Below are positions 1 to 7,409 of a stretch of 64,000 nt of DNA, in pieces. This DNA comes from an uncultured delta proteobacterium (GTDB lineage: Bacteria > Myxococcota_A > Polyangia > Polyangiales > Polyangiaceae), in the NCBI GenBank assembly GCA_963841435.1, contig CAWJCS010000006.1, forward strand, positions 1,696,001 to 1,760,000, in the 5' to 3' direction. Numbering within the stretch: position 1 is the first letter of the stretch; each line of letters opens with the position of its first letter. A model generated the notes under the pieces. It saw nothing but the letters and a program-made list of their open reading frames with translations. It made no database searches and was not told where the DNA came from. The position numbers and the translations under genes were made by a program.

Positions 1-2
1 TG

Positions 3-302
3 TTGGTGCTTTAAGTGGTTGAGGATGAGTAGGTGTTGTTCGCGACGTGTGTGTGTTAGGTTGAGGTTGAGTGGGATGTGTGTTTCTATTCGTAGATTTG
101 TACGACAACTTGAGTAGTGTTTGATGTGGGAGGTTTGGTGTGTGAGGTTTTTGAGGGGTATTGGGTTGATGTATGGGAAGATTGGTTGTGGTGTTACGTG
201 ATTCGCGTAGTGTTGGTATGTGTGGTGTTTGATTTGGTTTTGGGGTATTTACGTGGGTGTTGTGGTGTGTGGGTTGTTGATGTTGGTGCATTGGGAGGTT
301 GA
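3..302 (+). pseudogene. C-to-T converted relic of a hypothetical protein (5' end outside window)
   Basis: Back-conversion of this frame gives natural-looking protein (approximately AEDEQALFATRVRQAEAERDARFYSQIRTTTRAALDAGG...) with mostly G/T(C) third positions. The 3' end is uncertain because TGA could have been CGA. Confidence 0.45.
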
Positions 303-382
303 TGTGTGTGTATGTCGTGAGAGTGACGTTTGATTGAGTGGTGTTGTTTGGGTTTGAGAGTGAGGACATTTGAGTTGGTGGT

Positions 383-913
383 ATGAAGGGGGTATGTGAA
401 GAATATGAGACGTTTGTTTGCTACTGTTGTAACTTTACTTGAGTTTGAGTTGATGAGTTTTTGTGGTGGGTTGATTGGTATTTCGTTATTTGAGTTGTTG
501 AGTTTGTTACGTTGTGATTGTGAGTTTCACTTGAGATTTGTGTGAACTGTGGGTAGGGGGTGTTGATGAGAAGTTCGTGATGTATACGTGTAGGTTTTCA
601 TTAGTGGGTGATGTTGTTTTGGTGTGTTTTTTACGTTGATGGTAAGTACTGGTTCGTTGATGTTTGGTATGCGTAGGGCACGAGTTGGTGTGTTGAGTTG
701 TAGTGTTTGTTGATGTGTGAGAGGGAGATTGTTGAGTGTTGCTTTTTTTTGTGTGGTTGTAACGTGAATTACGTGGTGAGGTGTATGTGTGACGATGTGA
801 AGTGTGTGATTTTTGTGTTGCTTGTGTATTTTGTATGGGAGATTAAGTTTGATGCTGGATTGTGTAGTATTGTGTTTTTGATTACAAGACGTTGTAAGGG
901 GTGTGTTTTTTAA
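383..913 (+). pseudogene. C-to-T converted relic of a hypothetical protein
   Basis: ATG at 383. Back-converted reading is approximately MKGAREEHETLARYCRNLTRARADELLRWVDWYF...FYADGKYWFADAWHAQG...; internal indels are possible and the end is uncertain. Confidence 0.35.
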
Positions 914-1193
914 TTTGGGATATTTTTTTATTGGTTAGGGTGTTAAGGATGTTAAGTTTGTTGAGTATGTTGTGGTGTTGTTGATGGTGGTATTACTTTG
1001 AGTGAGTGTGTTGTGTGTTTGTTGTTTTTGATGTTTGTGAAGTTTTTGTTTTTGTTGTTTTGTTTTGTGTTTGTTGACGTTTCATTAGTGGGTGTTGATG
1101 TGAAGGTTGTGTTTTGTGTTTGTGGTGTTGTTGATTGGTATGGATTAAGAATGTCTTTGTGACGACGTTGATTGTTTTGACTTTTTAAGGGGT

Positions 1194-2480
1194 ATGTTGA
1201 TTTGTGTTTTGTTTTGTAAGGTTTTTTTTTACTGGATTAAGTTGTTTGTTGTGTGTGTTTCATTGTTTATGTTTATGTTGTTTTTGTTTTTATAAGTTTT
1301 ATGATTTGAGACGTGTGACAAGTACGTGCGTGTGTTAAGTTTTGTATGTTGTGCGTTGAACATGTGTTTGATTTTGAGTAGGTTGTGTTTTTATTAACGT
1401 TGTTGAGTACGTTGAGTGTTGTTTTGAATGTGTGAGGTTTTTGGTATTGTGTTGTTGTTTTATGAGTGTTGTTATTTTGAGTGTTTGTGTAATTTTTTGA
1501 TTTGTTTTTATTTCTTGGTGACGTTATTAAGTTGTATGTTTAAGATGTGTTTGACGTGTTGTTAATTGGTGAGGTTTGATTGTAGTTGAGGAGTAAGGAT
1601 GATGAGTTTGAGTTTTACTTGTGGTATAGTATTGTGTATATGTGTGTGACGATTTTTTGTGTGTTTTTTTTATATGTTGTGGAAGGATGAGTTGTTTTTG
1701 TAGAATAAGGTTGTTAAGATTGAGGTTTTGTATATTGAGTTGAGTGGTATAGTGTGTGTTGTGTTGTTGGATGTGTATATTGTATTTTTTGTTGTGTATT
1801 TGTAGGTTGATTTGTAGATTTAGTTTTTTGTGTTGTTTTTTTGTATGGTTGTAGGTTTTTGAGTTGTTGATTTGAATGTGTTTGATTGGATGGTGTTTTT
1901 GTTTGGTTTTGTTATTTGTATGTTTGTTTGGTGTAAGATGTGTAAGTGTAAGTTGTGGTTGTAAATTTTGGTCGTCCCCCACTCTGTCCGAGCGTTCCTC
2001 AAGGTCTGGCACGAGAACCAGGGGCAGCTGGCAACCGGCCCCGTGTTCCCGGTCCGCCGCGGCGAGCGGGCCGGTAAGGCAAAGAAGCGCTCGAACATGA
2101 GCTACGCGGACCGGCTACGACGGGAGCTGCTCCGCGCCAGCGTCTCCCGCCACGAGCTGCACCACGAAACGGCGAGCACCCTGCCGGTGGATTTCGACAG
2201 CACTCGACGGGCGTACGCGACCGCGCTTGCCCGCGTCGGCGTCAACGAGCAGACGGCCATGGTGCTGACCGGCCACACGGACCCGAAGGTCCACATGCGC
2301 TACGTCGCGAGCCTCGTCGGGGAGCTACCGGCCGCCGCCCTCCCGAGTTTCAGCACCGACCATGCTGAAACCCTCCGTCGAACCGCCAACAAGAATCACG
2401 ATTTGGCGATTTTTTCGGAGCGGGACACGGGACTCGAACCCGTGACCCCGAGCTTGGGAAGCTCGTGCTCTACCAACTGA
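1194..2480 (+). pseudogene. int: Tyrosine recombinase/integrase; 5' part C-to-T converted and with indels, 3' part unconverted
   Basis: Unconverted part: FDSTRRAYATAL (HxxR box) and LTGHTDPKVHMRY (H...Y box). Back-converted 1830-1970: VLLSRTVAGLRAADLNALDWTAF...RRKTRKRKPRPQTLVVP (catalytic Arg box and Lys). Core-binding-like SIAHMRATIFRVF...LWKDEL...NKVAK at about 1628-1720. Putative start ATG at 1194 after AAGGGG. Confidence 0.85.
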
Positions 2481-2491
2481 GCTAGTCCCGC
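2419..2491 (-). tRNA. tRNA-Gly (anticodon CCC)
   Basis: Reverse complement GCGGGAC-TAGCTCAGTTGGTAGAGC-A-CGAGC-TTCCCAA-GCTCG-GGGTC-ACGGG-TTCGAGT-CCCGT-GTCCCGC-T forms a full cloverleaf. It is followed by CCG rather than CCA. Confidence 0.97.
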
Positions 2492-2501
2492 GAACAAACC
2501 G

Positions 2502-2530
2502 AGCTTACCTCTCCTCGCGTTGGAAGCCAA
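2502..2530 (-). promoter_or_regulatory. Putative sigma70-type promoter of tRNA-Gly
   Basis: TTGGCT-17 nt-TAAGCT on the minus strand, about 10 nt upstream of the tRNA 5' end. Confidence 0.45.
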
Positions 2531-2619
2531 GGCTCCCCGGTTCTCGGGGGGATGGGGCCGCTTCGAGCCGCGCTTGACCGCGGGACGAGCCCTCCGCTAG
2601 ACACGGGCGAGCCCGAGCC

Positions 2620-2892
2620 ATGAAGACCTGCGTCATCGACTCCGTTTGCGAGTGTCAGGCCAAGCTCTTCACCGCCGTTGACGAGCAGCGGCACGTCGTG
2701 CGCGGTTGGGCGCGCTTGCGAGGCCGTGAACTCCCGGCGCCCGCGAACGCGCTCGGCGGCAAAGACGACACGTTCCACGTCGGCTTCAGCTGCCCGTTCT
2801 GCACGCGGAACACGTTGCGCTCGTTCCACTCGAGCGCGCTCTCGTTCAGCGAGCCGACGCCGAGCAAGGCGCCGCCGCCTTTGTCTCGTTGA
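2620..2892 (+). CDS. Small hypothetical protein, possible Zn-binding (CxC...CPFC)
   Basis: 90 aa ORF with GC3-biased codons and Cys pairs. Confidence 0.7.
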   Translation: MKTCVIDSVCECQAKLFTAVDEQRHVVRGWARLRGRELPAPANALGGKDDTFHVGFSCPFCTRNTLRSFHSSALSFSEPTPSKAPPPLSR

Positions 2893-2967
2893 GGAGCGGG
2901 GCTCGGATGATCCGCGCGCTCGCGCGGCCGAGCCGCTCGCCCGCGCCCTGACACTGGCGAGCGAGCG

Positions 2968-4509
2968 CTACCGTTCTGCCCAGAGCTCGCGGCCGACGAG
3001 GACCAGGCCGGCGACGAACAAAAGGCCGGCGACGAGGCTCGTCTTGATGGGCCCGAGCGAGAACACCTCGCCCGTCGACGACGCGTAGATGCGATCGAGC
3101 GCGGTGAGCGCGATGCTCGCGACGACGGCGCCGAGACCGGGCGCGAGCCTTCGCGCGAGCGACGGCGGCACGCTGGGCGCCGGCGTCGAATGGCGCTGGA
3201 CCGCTTGCTGCTCGCCCGGGGGCGCCTGGCCCGCCGCAGGCGCCGGCGGGAAGGACACGGCGAGCGCCGGGCTGCGCGCGCCGGCCGGGGGCGCCCCGGA
3301 GGCCCCCGAGGGCACGAGCGGGACTCGCTGGGACGTTGGGCTCAGCTCGAGGCGGGCGGGCGGAAGGCTCCCTGCCCCCAGGGGTGCGAGCGACCCTCGC
3401 TTGACGAGCTCGTCGGGCGCCACGTCGAGCGCGAGCGCCGCGCCGTGCCCGTCGGCACCGTCGAAATCGAGCTGGTGCACTCCGGGAAGCTCGAGCTTGT
3501 GCGTGCCGCTCGGCCGGCGCACCACGGGCACGAGGTCCGGGATCTCCGCGACGTTTGCCGCGACGGCGGTTGCCGGACGCTGAACGGCGTCGCGGAGCGC
3601 CTGCCAGAAGGCGCCGGCATCCTGGTAGCGGTCGCGCGGCGACACCGCGAGAGCGCGAACGAACACCGCTTCCACGGCATCGCCGACGAGGGCGCCGTGG
3701 GTGCGGGGCGTTGGACGGCGCTTTCGGTCGAGAACCTGCTGCATCACGGCCTGATGGGTCCCGGAGATGACGGGACGCCCGACGAGAGCCTCCGAGAGCG
3801 TGAGCGCGAGCCCCCAGACGTTGGTGAACGGGCCCGTCGTGCCGAGCTCCTTCGGCATCCATTGCTCGGGTGCGCCGTAGGCGGGGGTAAAGAGCGCCAC
3901 CCCGCTCGAGTCGGCGCCGACGCGCGTCGCGGCGCGCTGCACCTGCGCGACGCCGAAATCGAGGATCTTTACCGTGCGCTCGCCCGCGACGATCGCGACG
4001 AACACGTTCTCCGGCTTGAGGTCGCAGTGCACGATGCATTCGTCCCCCGCGGGCCCCTGAAAGTGGTGGGCCCGCGAAAGCGCGTGCGCGACGGGGTCGA
4101 GCAGCTCGATGAGTTTCTCGAGCTCGAGCGGCGGCCTACGCTCTGCCGTCCGCTTCTGAATGATGGCGTCGAGCGTCTCACCCTCGAGCCACTCGAGCAC
4201 CATGAACGGGACGAAAGCTCCCGTCGGTGTCGTCATGGCATCGACGTGCAGCGGGCGCACCACCGTGGAAAGACTGGCCGAGAGCCGGAACATCACCTCG
4301 GCCTCGGCGCGGAACTGCTCGAGAAAGACCGTCTGTTGCTGGCGCGCGAGGTGCTGCGGCACCTTGAGGCACTTCAGCGCGACCGGCGCGCGAAAACCGC
4401 CGTGATGCGCGCGGTACACGACGCCGAAGCCGCCCTCGGCGACGACGGATTCCACCTGATAAGCGGAAGCGACGACATGCCCGACGATCCCGAACCGGTC
4501 CGCGGTCAT
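2968..4509 (-). CDS. Hanks-type Ser/Thr protein kinase with C-terminal membrane segments
   Basis: EGGFGVVY, VALK, HCDLKPEN, DFG and YGAPEQ motifs; two hydrophobic C-terminal helices. Confidence 0.95.
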   Translation of the reverse strand: MTADRFGIVGHVVASAYQVESVVAEGGFGVVYRAHHGGFRAPVALKCLKVPQHLARQQQTVFLEQFRAEAEVMFRLSASLSTVVRPLHVDAMTTPTGAFVPFMVLEWLEGETLDAIIQKRTAERRPPLELEKLIELLDPVAHALSRAHHFQGPAGDECIVHCDLKPENVFVAIVAGERTVKILDFGVAQVQRAATRVGADSSGVALFTPAYGAPEQWMPKELGTTGPFTNVWGLALTLSEALVGRPVISGTHQAVMQQVLDRKRRPTPRTHGALVGDAVEAVFVRALAVSPRDRYQDAGAFWQALRDAVQRPATAVAANVAEIPDLVPVVRRPSGTHKLELPGVHQLDFDGADGHGAALALDVAPDELVKRGSLAPLGAGSLPPARLELSPTSQRVPLVPSGASGAPPAGARSPALAVSFPPAPAAGQAPPGEQQAVQRHSTPAPSVPPSLARRLAPGLGAVVASIALTALDRIYASSTGEVFSLGPIKTSLVAGLLFVAGLVLVGRELWAER

Positions 4510-4528
4510 CGGCCCCGTGACCTCGCCG

Positions 4529-6046
4529 TCAGGCGATGCTGATCCCTAGTTGGCGGCGGAGCTGGAAGTAGCGCTCGCTGCTCGCGAAAGCGAAGAGGTC
4601 CTTGGCTAGCTCTCCCACCCCTCGCTCCTCGGATCCGAGCAGGCCGAGCGCCGTCCCGAGGTCGTTGCAGAGCAGGAGCCCGGCGCGGCACGCCGTTTTC
4701 TCGGTTGCGAGCGCCCAACGCTGCAGGTTCGTGCGCCCACCCTCCTCGACGAAGCGCAGGAAGCACCCACGCAGGATGTCGATCTGGCCGGGCTCGAGCA
4801 GCGGCTGGATGGCGTTCGCGATGGGGGTCACGCGCTGCTTCATGTCGTCGGCGATCGGCAGGCCAGGGTTGCCGATCACGAGCGCCGCGAGGAACAGGTC
4901 CTCGAGGTCCAGGATCCCACCGAAGAGCGTCTTGACGTAGTGCTCGTTGCGGTACCAGCTAAGGTGTCGCCCCGCGAAGAACGCGTGCTCGAGCTGCGTC
5001 CTGCCGCTCAGCACGCGCTTGCCGATCACGGTCACGGGCGGGACGCCCGGCACGTGCTCGAAGCCCACGTCGCGATCGCGCTCGACGTAGATCGGCGGCG
5101 CCGCCAGTCCCAGGATTGCCGCCGCCCACGGAATCGCCCGCACGGCGGTCACGGTGGCCTTGGCGACGTCCTGCTTTTCGGCGGGCGCCGGCTGGTGAAG
5201 CTTGCCGTCGCGGCGCAGCGTCGTGACGCGACCGATCAGCACGGCGGGCGCGATCACGCTGAAGATCTGACCCGTGAGGACCTCCTCCTCGGGGTGGAAG
5301 AGCTGGTCGTACCAGGCGGACTGGGCAAGGCCCGCGCGCGGCGCGATGAGGGTCTCACTCTTGTGAGCCGCAAATTCCTCGGTTTCGGCGGGCGTCGCTG
5401 CGCCGAGCGCGACGAGGCACTGCGCGAGACACCAGGCGCGATCCTTGTCGCCGCGCGCCGCGTAGATCGCGTGGAGCTGGCGGTGCGCGTCGGCGTCCAT
5501 CGGGTTGCGGCGCACGCGGCGCCAGGCCTCATCGGGATCCTCGGTCGCGCGCGCCGCCTCCGCCTCGAGGCCGCTGAGGTTGACCTCGACGTTGATGGCG
5601 GCCTGAGCGCGGCGAAGCTCGTCCTCGAGCGCTACGATGCGGGCCTCGAGCTGCTCGATGCGCTTGAGCAGAAGCGCGCGCCCTGCGTCACCTTCGGCAT
5701 CGACGCGCAGCGGCACGAGCGACGCCGCCGGCTCTTCGTAGTGCTCGACGATCTGCACGTGGTGCCGCGTTTGATACGCGGCCACCATCGCCTGCTCGAG
5801 CCGCGCGAGGCGCCCCCGGTCGAGGCCGAGGTTGTGTGCGGCCTTCTCGAGGCGAGCGCGCTCCTCGGCGGTGATGATGCCGTCTTCGAGCACCTCCGCG
5901 AAGAGCTCTTCGTATTGCAGCTCGAGAGGCCCGAGCGCGAATCCGCCCGCGACCTCCCCTGCGGCGAAGCCCGAAAGATGCTCGAAGCTGTCGCGCCCGT
6001 CGGCGCCCGATGCAGGAACCGACGGTCCCTCCGCTTGGGTCGTCAC
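4529..6046 (-). CDS. Hypothetical protein with coiled coil, TPR-like segment and myxobacterial C-terminal domain
   Basis: 505 aa GC3-biased ORF; GTGA overlap with the upstream gene; ends SERYFQLRRQLGI, resembling the tails of myxobacterial large TPR proteins. Confidence 0.8.
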   Translation of the reverse strand: MTTQAEGPSVPASGADGRDSFEHLSGFAAGEVAGGFALGPLELQYEELFAEVLEDGIITAEERARLEKAAHNLGLDRGRLARLEQAMVAAYQTRHHVQIVEHYEEPAASLVPLRVDAEGDAGRALLLKRIEQLEARIVALEDELRRAQAAINVEVNLSGLEAEAARATEDPDEAWRRVRRNPMDADAHRQLHAIYAARGDKDRAWCLAQCLVALGAATPAETEEFAAHKSETLIAPRAGLAQSAWYDQLFHPEEEVLTGQIFSVIAPAVLIGRVTTLRRDGKLHQPAPAEKQDVAKATVTAVRAIPWAAAILGLAAPPIYVERDRDVGFEHVPGVPPVTVIGKRVLSGRTQLEHAFFAGRHLSWYRNEHYVKTLFGGILDLEDLFLAALVIGNPGLPIADDMKQRVTPIANAIQPLLEPGQIDILRGCFLRFVEEGGRTNLQRWALATEKTACRAGLLLCNDLGTALGLLGSEERGVGELAKDLFAFASSERYFQLRRQLGISIA

Positions 6047-7311
6047 GCCCCGCCCTGGCCGCCGTTGCCACCGCTGCCGCTGCCACCCGTGCCCGTCATG
6101 TGGCCGGCCGGACAGGTCTCGAGCGTGTCGGCCGCCGTCTCGCCGCTCTGCAGCGGGCGGCAGTAACCCTCGCGTCCGAAGATGTTGAGGATCTCGCCGG
6201 CGGTGTCGTCGATGCAGCTCTCACTCGAGAGCACGCAGTCGGCGTTGCAGTCGCACAGCGACCCGCAGATGCCGACGTTGCCCGCGCCGAGATCGCCCGG
6301 CGGCGAGAGGATCGTCGGGAACAGGCAGCCGGCGTCGGGCAGGCCCGTGCCGTCCCAGCCGCAGCCCGTGAACGCGGAGGAGAAGCTGCAGAACGCGGCA
6401 CAGGAGCCCTCGTTGCCCGTGCTGTCGGAGGGGACGCAGAATCCGTTGCAGGGATCGGTCGCGGCGTTGGGATCGCAGGGCGCGCCGATGGGCAACCCAG
6501 ACGGCTCGGAGTCGGTGCAAAGCCCCGTCGAAAAGTCACAGAACTGGCCAGACCCGCAGTCGAAGTCCCCGCCGCAGGTCGGGAGGCAGCCCGTGACGAT
6601 ATCGCCGCAGACCCGCGGCGCGCTCGTGCTGCACAGCTGACCCGAGAGGCAGTCGTCCGTCGAGGCGCAGCTCGTGTTCGTGGGGAGCAGGCCGAGCAGC
6701 GTGCACGAGAGATCGGTACGGGACTGACACTTCGGGACGCCCGCGCCCCCGGTGATGCAACCCTGCACGCAGTACGAGGCATTGGTGTCGAAGTCGATGC
6801 AATAGGCGTCATTCGAAAGCTCGAGGCACTGCGTGTCGGAGGTGCAAGCGCGCGTACAGAGCCCGCCCGCCGGGCCGCCGCCCGACAAGCCGTCGTCCAT
6901 CAGACAGGTCAGCATCGGGTCGTCGCAATCGGCCGTGGTGCTGCACGAAGCCCCGAAATTCGGGGAGCCGACGCTACCGCCCGTGCCACTCGTGCCGCCG
7001 CGGCCCGAAGTGCCGCCCGCGCCGCTCGTACCGCCGCCACCGAGGAGCCCGCCGCCCGAGCCCCCCATCCTGCAGGTGCACGTTCCGTTCGACTGCATGA
7101 CGCCACCCGGCCCCGAGGTCTGCGTGAGATCGCAGAGCGGCGTCAGGCCGTCGCAGCAGGAGCCGCTGCTGGACGAGTTCTTGACAGCGTAGCTTTCGCC
7201 TTCCTTCTTGCACGACGAGCCGCCGCCGGTCGCTTCGTCGCTACCGCAACTCGCGGTCGACAGCACGAACCCCGTGAGCATCAAAACAAGCGAGGCAAGT
7301 CCATTTCTCAT
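6043..7311 (-). CDS. Cys-rich secreted lipoprotein with Gly-rich linker (paralog A)
   Basis: GGAG RBS, signal peptide with TASC lipobox, many Cys. Confidence 0.85.
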   Translation of the reverse strand: MRNGLASLVLMLTGFVLSTASCGSDEATGGGSSCKKEGESYAVKNSSSSGSCCDGLTPLCDLTQTSGPGGVMQSNGTCTCRMGGSGGGLLGGGGTSGAGGTSGRGGTSGTGGSVGSPNFGASCSTTADCDDPMLTCLMDDGLSGGGPAGGLCTRACTSDTQCLELSNDAYCIDFDTNASYCVQGCITGGAGVPKCQSRTDLSCTLLGLLPTNTSCASTDDCLSGQLCSTSAPRVCGDIVTGCLPTCGGDFDCGSGQFCDFSTGLCTDSEPSGLPIGAPCDPNAATDPCNGFCVPSDSTGNEGSCAAFCSFSSAFTGCGWDGTGLPDAGCLFPTILSPPGDLGAGNVGICGSLCDCNADCVLSSESCIDDTAGEILNIFGREGYCRPLQSGETAADTLETCPAGHMTGTGGSGSGGNGGQGGA

Positions 7312-7409
7312 CGTGAAATCTCCCGGGGCGCGGCCCGCCCTCCTAGTGTGGTCGTCCGACCTCCACCGAGGCAAGCGCTTTCGTGTGCCATTCGCCCCTG
7401 CCCCGCCCA

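Larger units (their letters stand above)
1..1970 (+). other. Strand-specific C-to-T converted (cytosine-depleted) tract derived from GC-rich coding DNA
   Basis: About 66 C in 1970 nt by hand count, with none from about 1651 to 1972. G remains abundant and T is greatly enriched. T-to-C back-conversion yields integrase motifs in frame with the ORF at 1968..2480. Confidence 0.93.
1..2419. mobile_element. Right end of an integrative element (prophage/IME/ICE-like) inserted at the 3' end of tRNA-Gly(CCC); continues beyond the left edge of the window
   Basis: A tyrosine integrase abuts and overlaps the tRNA 3' end, with short hypothetical ORF relics upstream. The partner att repeat is not in the window. 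Confidence 0.75.

Noticed and set aside
1-1970. Interpretation as a low-GC horizontally acquired island, telomere-like repeat or GT microsatellite
   Set aside because: Only C is depleted, there is no periodic unit, and back-conversion restores integrase motifs in frame with the GC-rich downstream part.
1-1970. Diversity-generating retroelement mutagenesis
   Set aside because: DGRs mutate adenines within short variable repeats. Here the change is C-to-T over kilobases, and no reverse transcriptase or TR/VR pair is visible.
1527-2012. Minus-strand ORF rich in His/Gln/Asn/Lys/Thr (also 1820..2098 minus and 1876..2100 plus)
   Set aside because: By-products of the conversion. The minus strand here nearly lacks G, which removes TAG and TGA stops and forces this composition. 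The real gene is the + strand integrase.
7371-7390. Sigma54-like TGGCAC upstream of Cys-rich paralog A
   Set aside because: The GC dinucleotide is not at the required -12 spacing.
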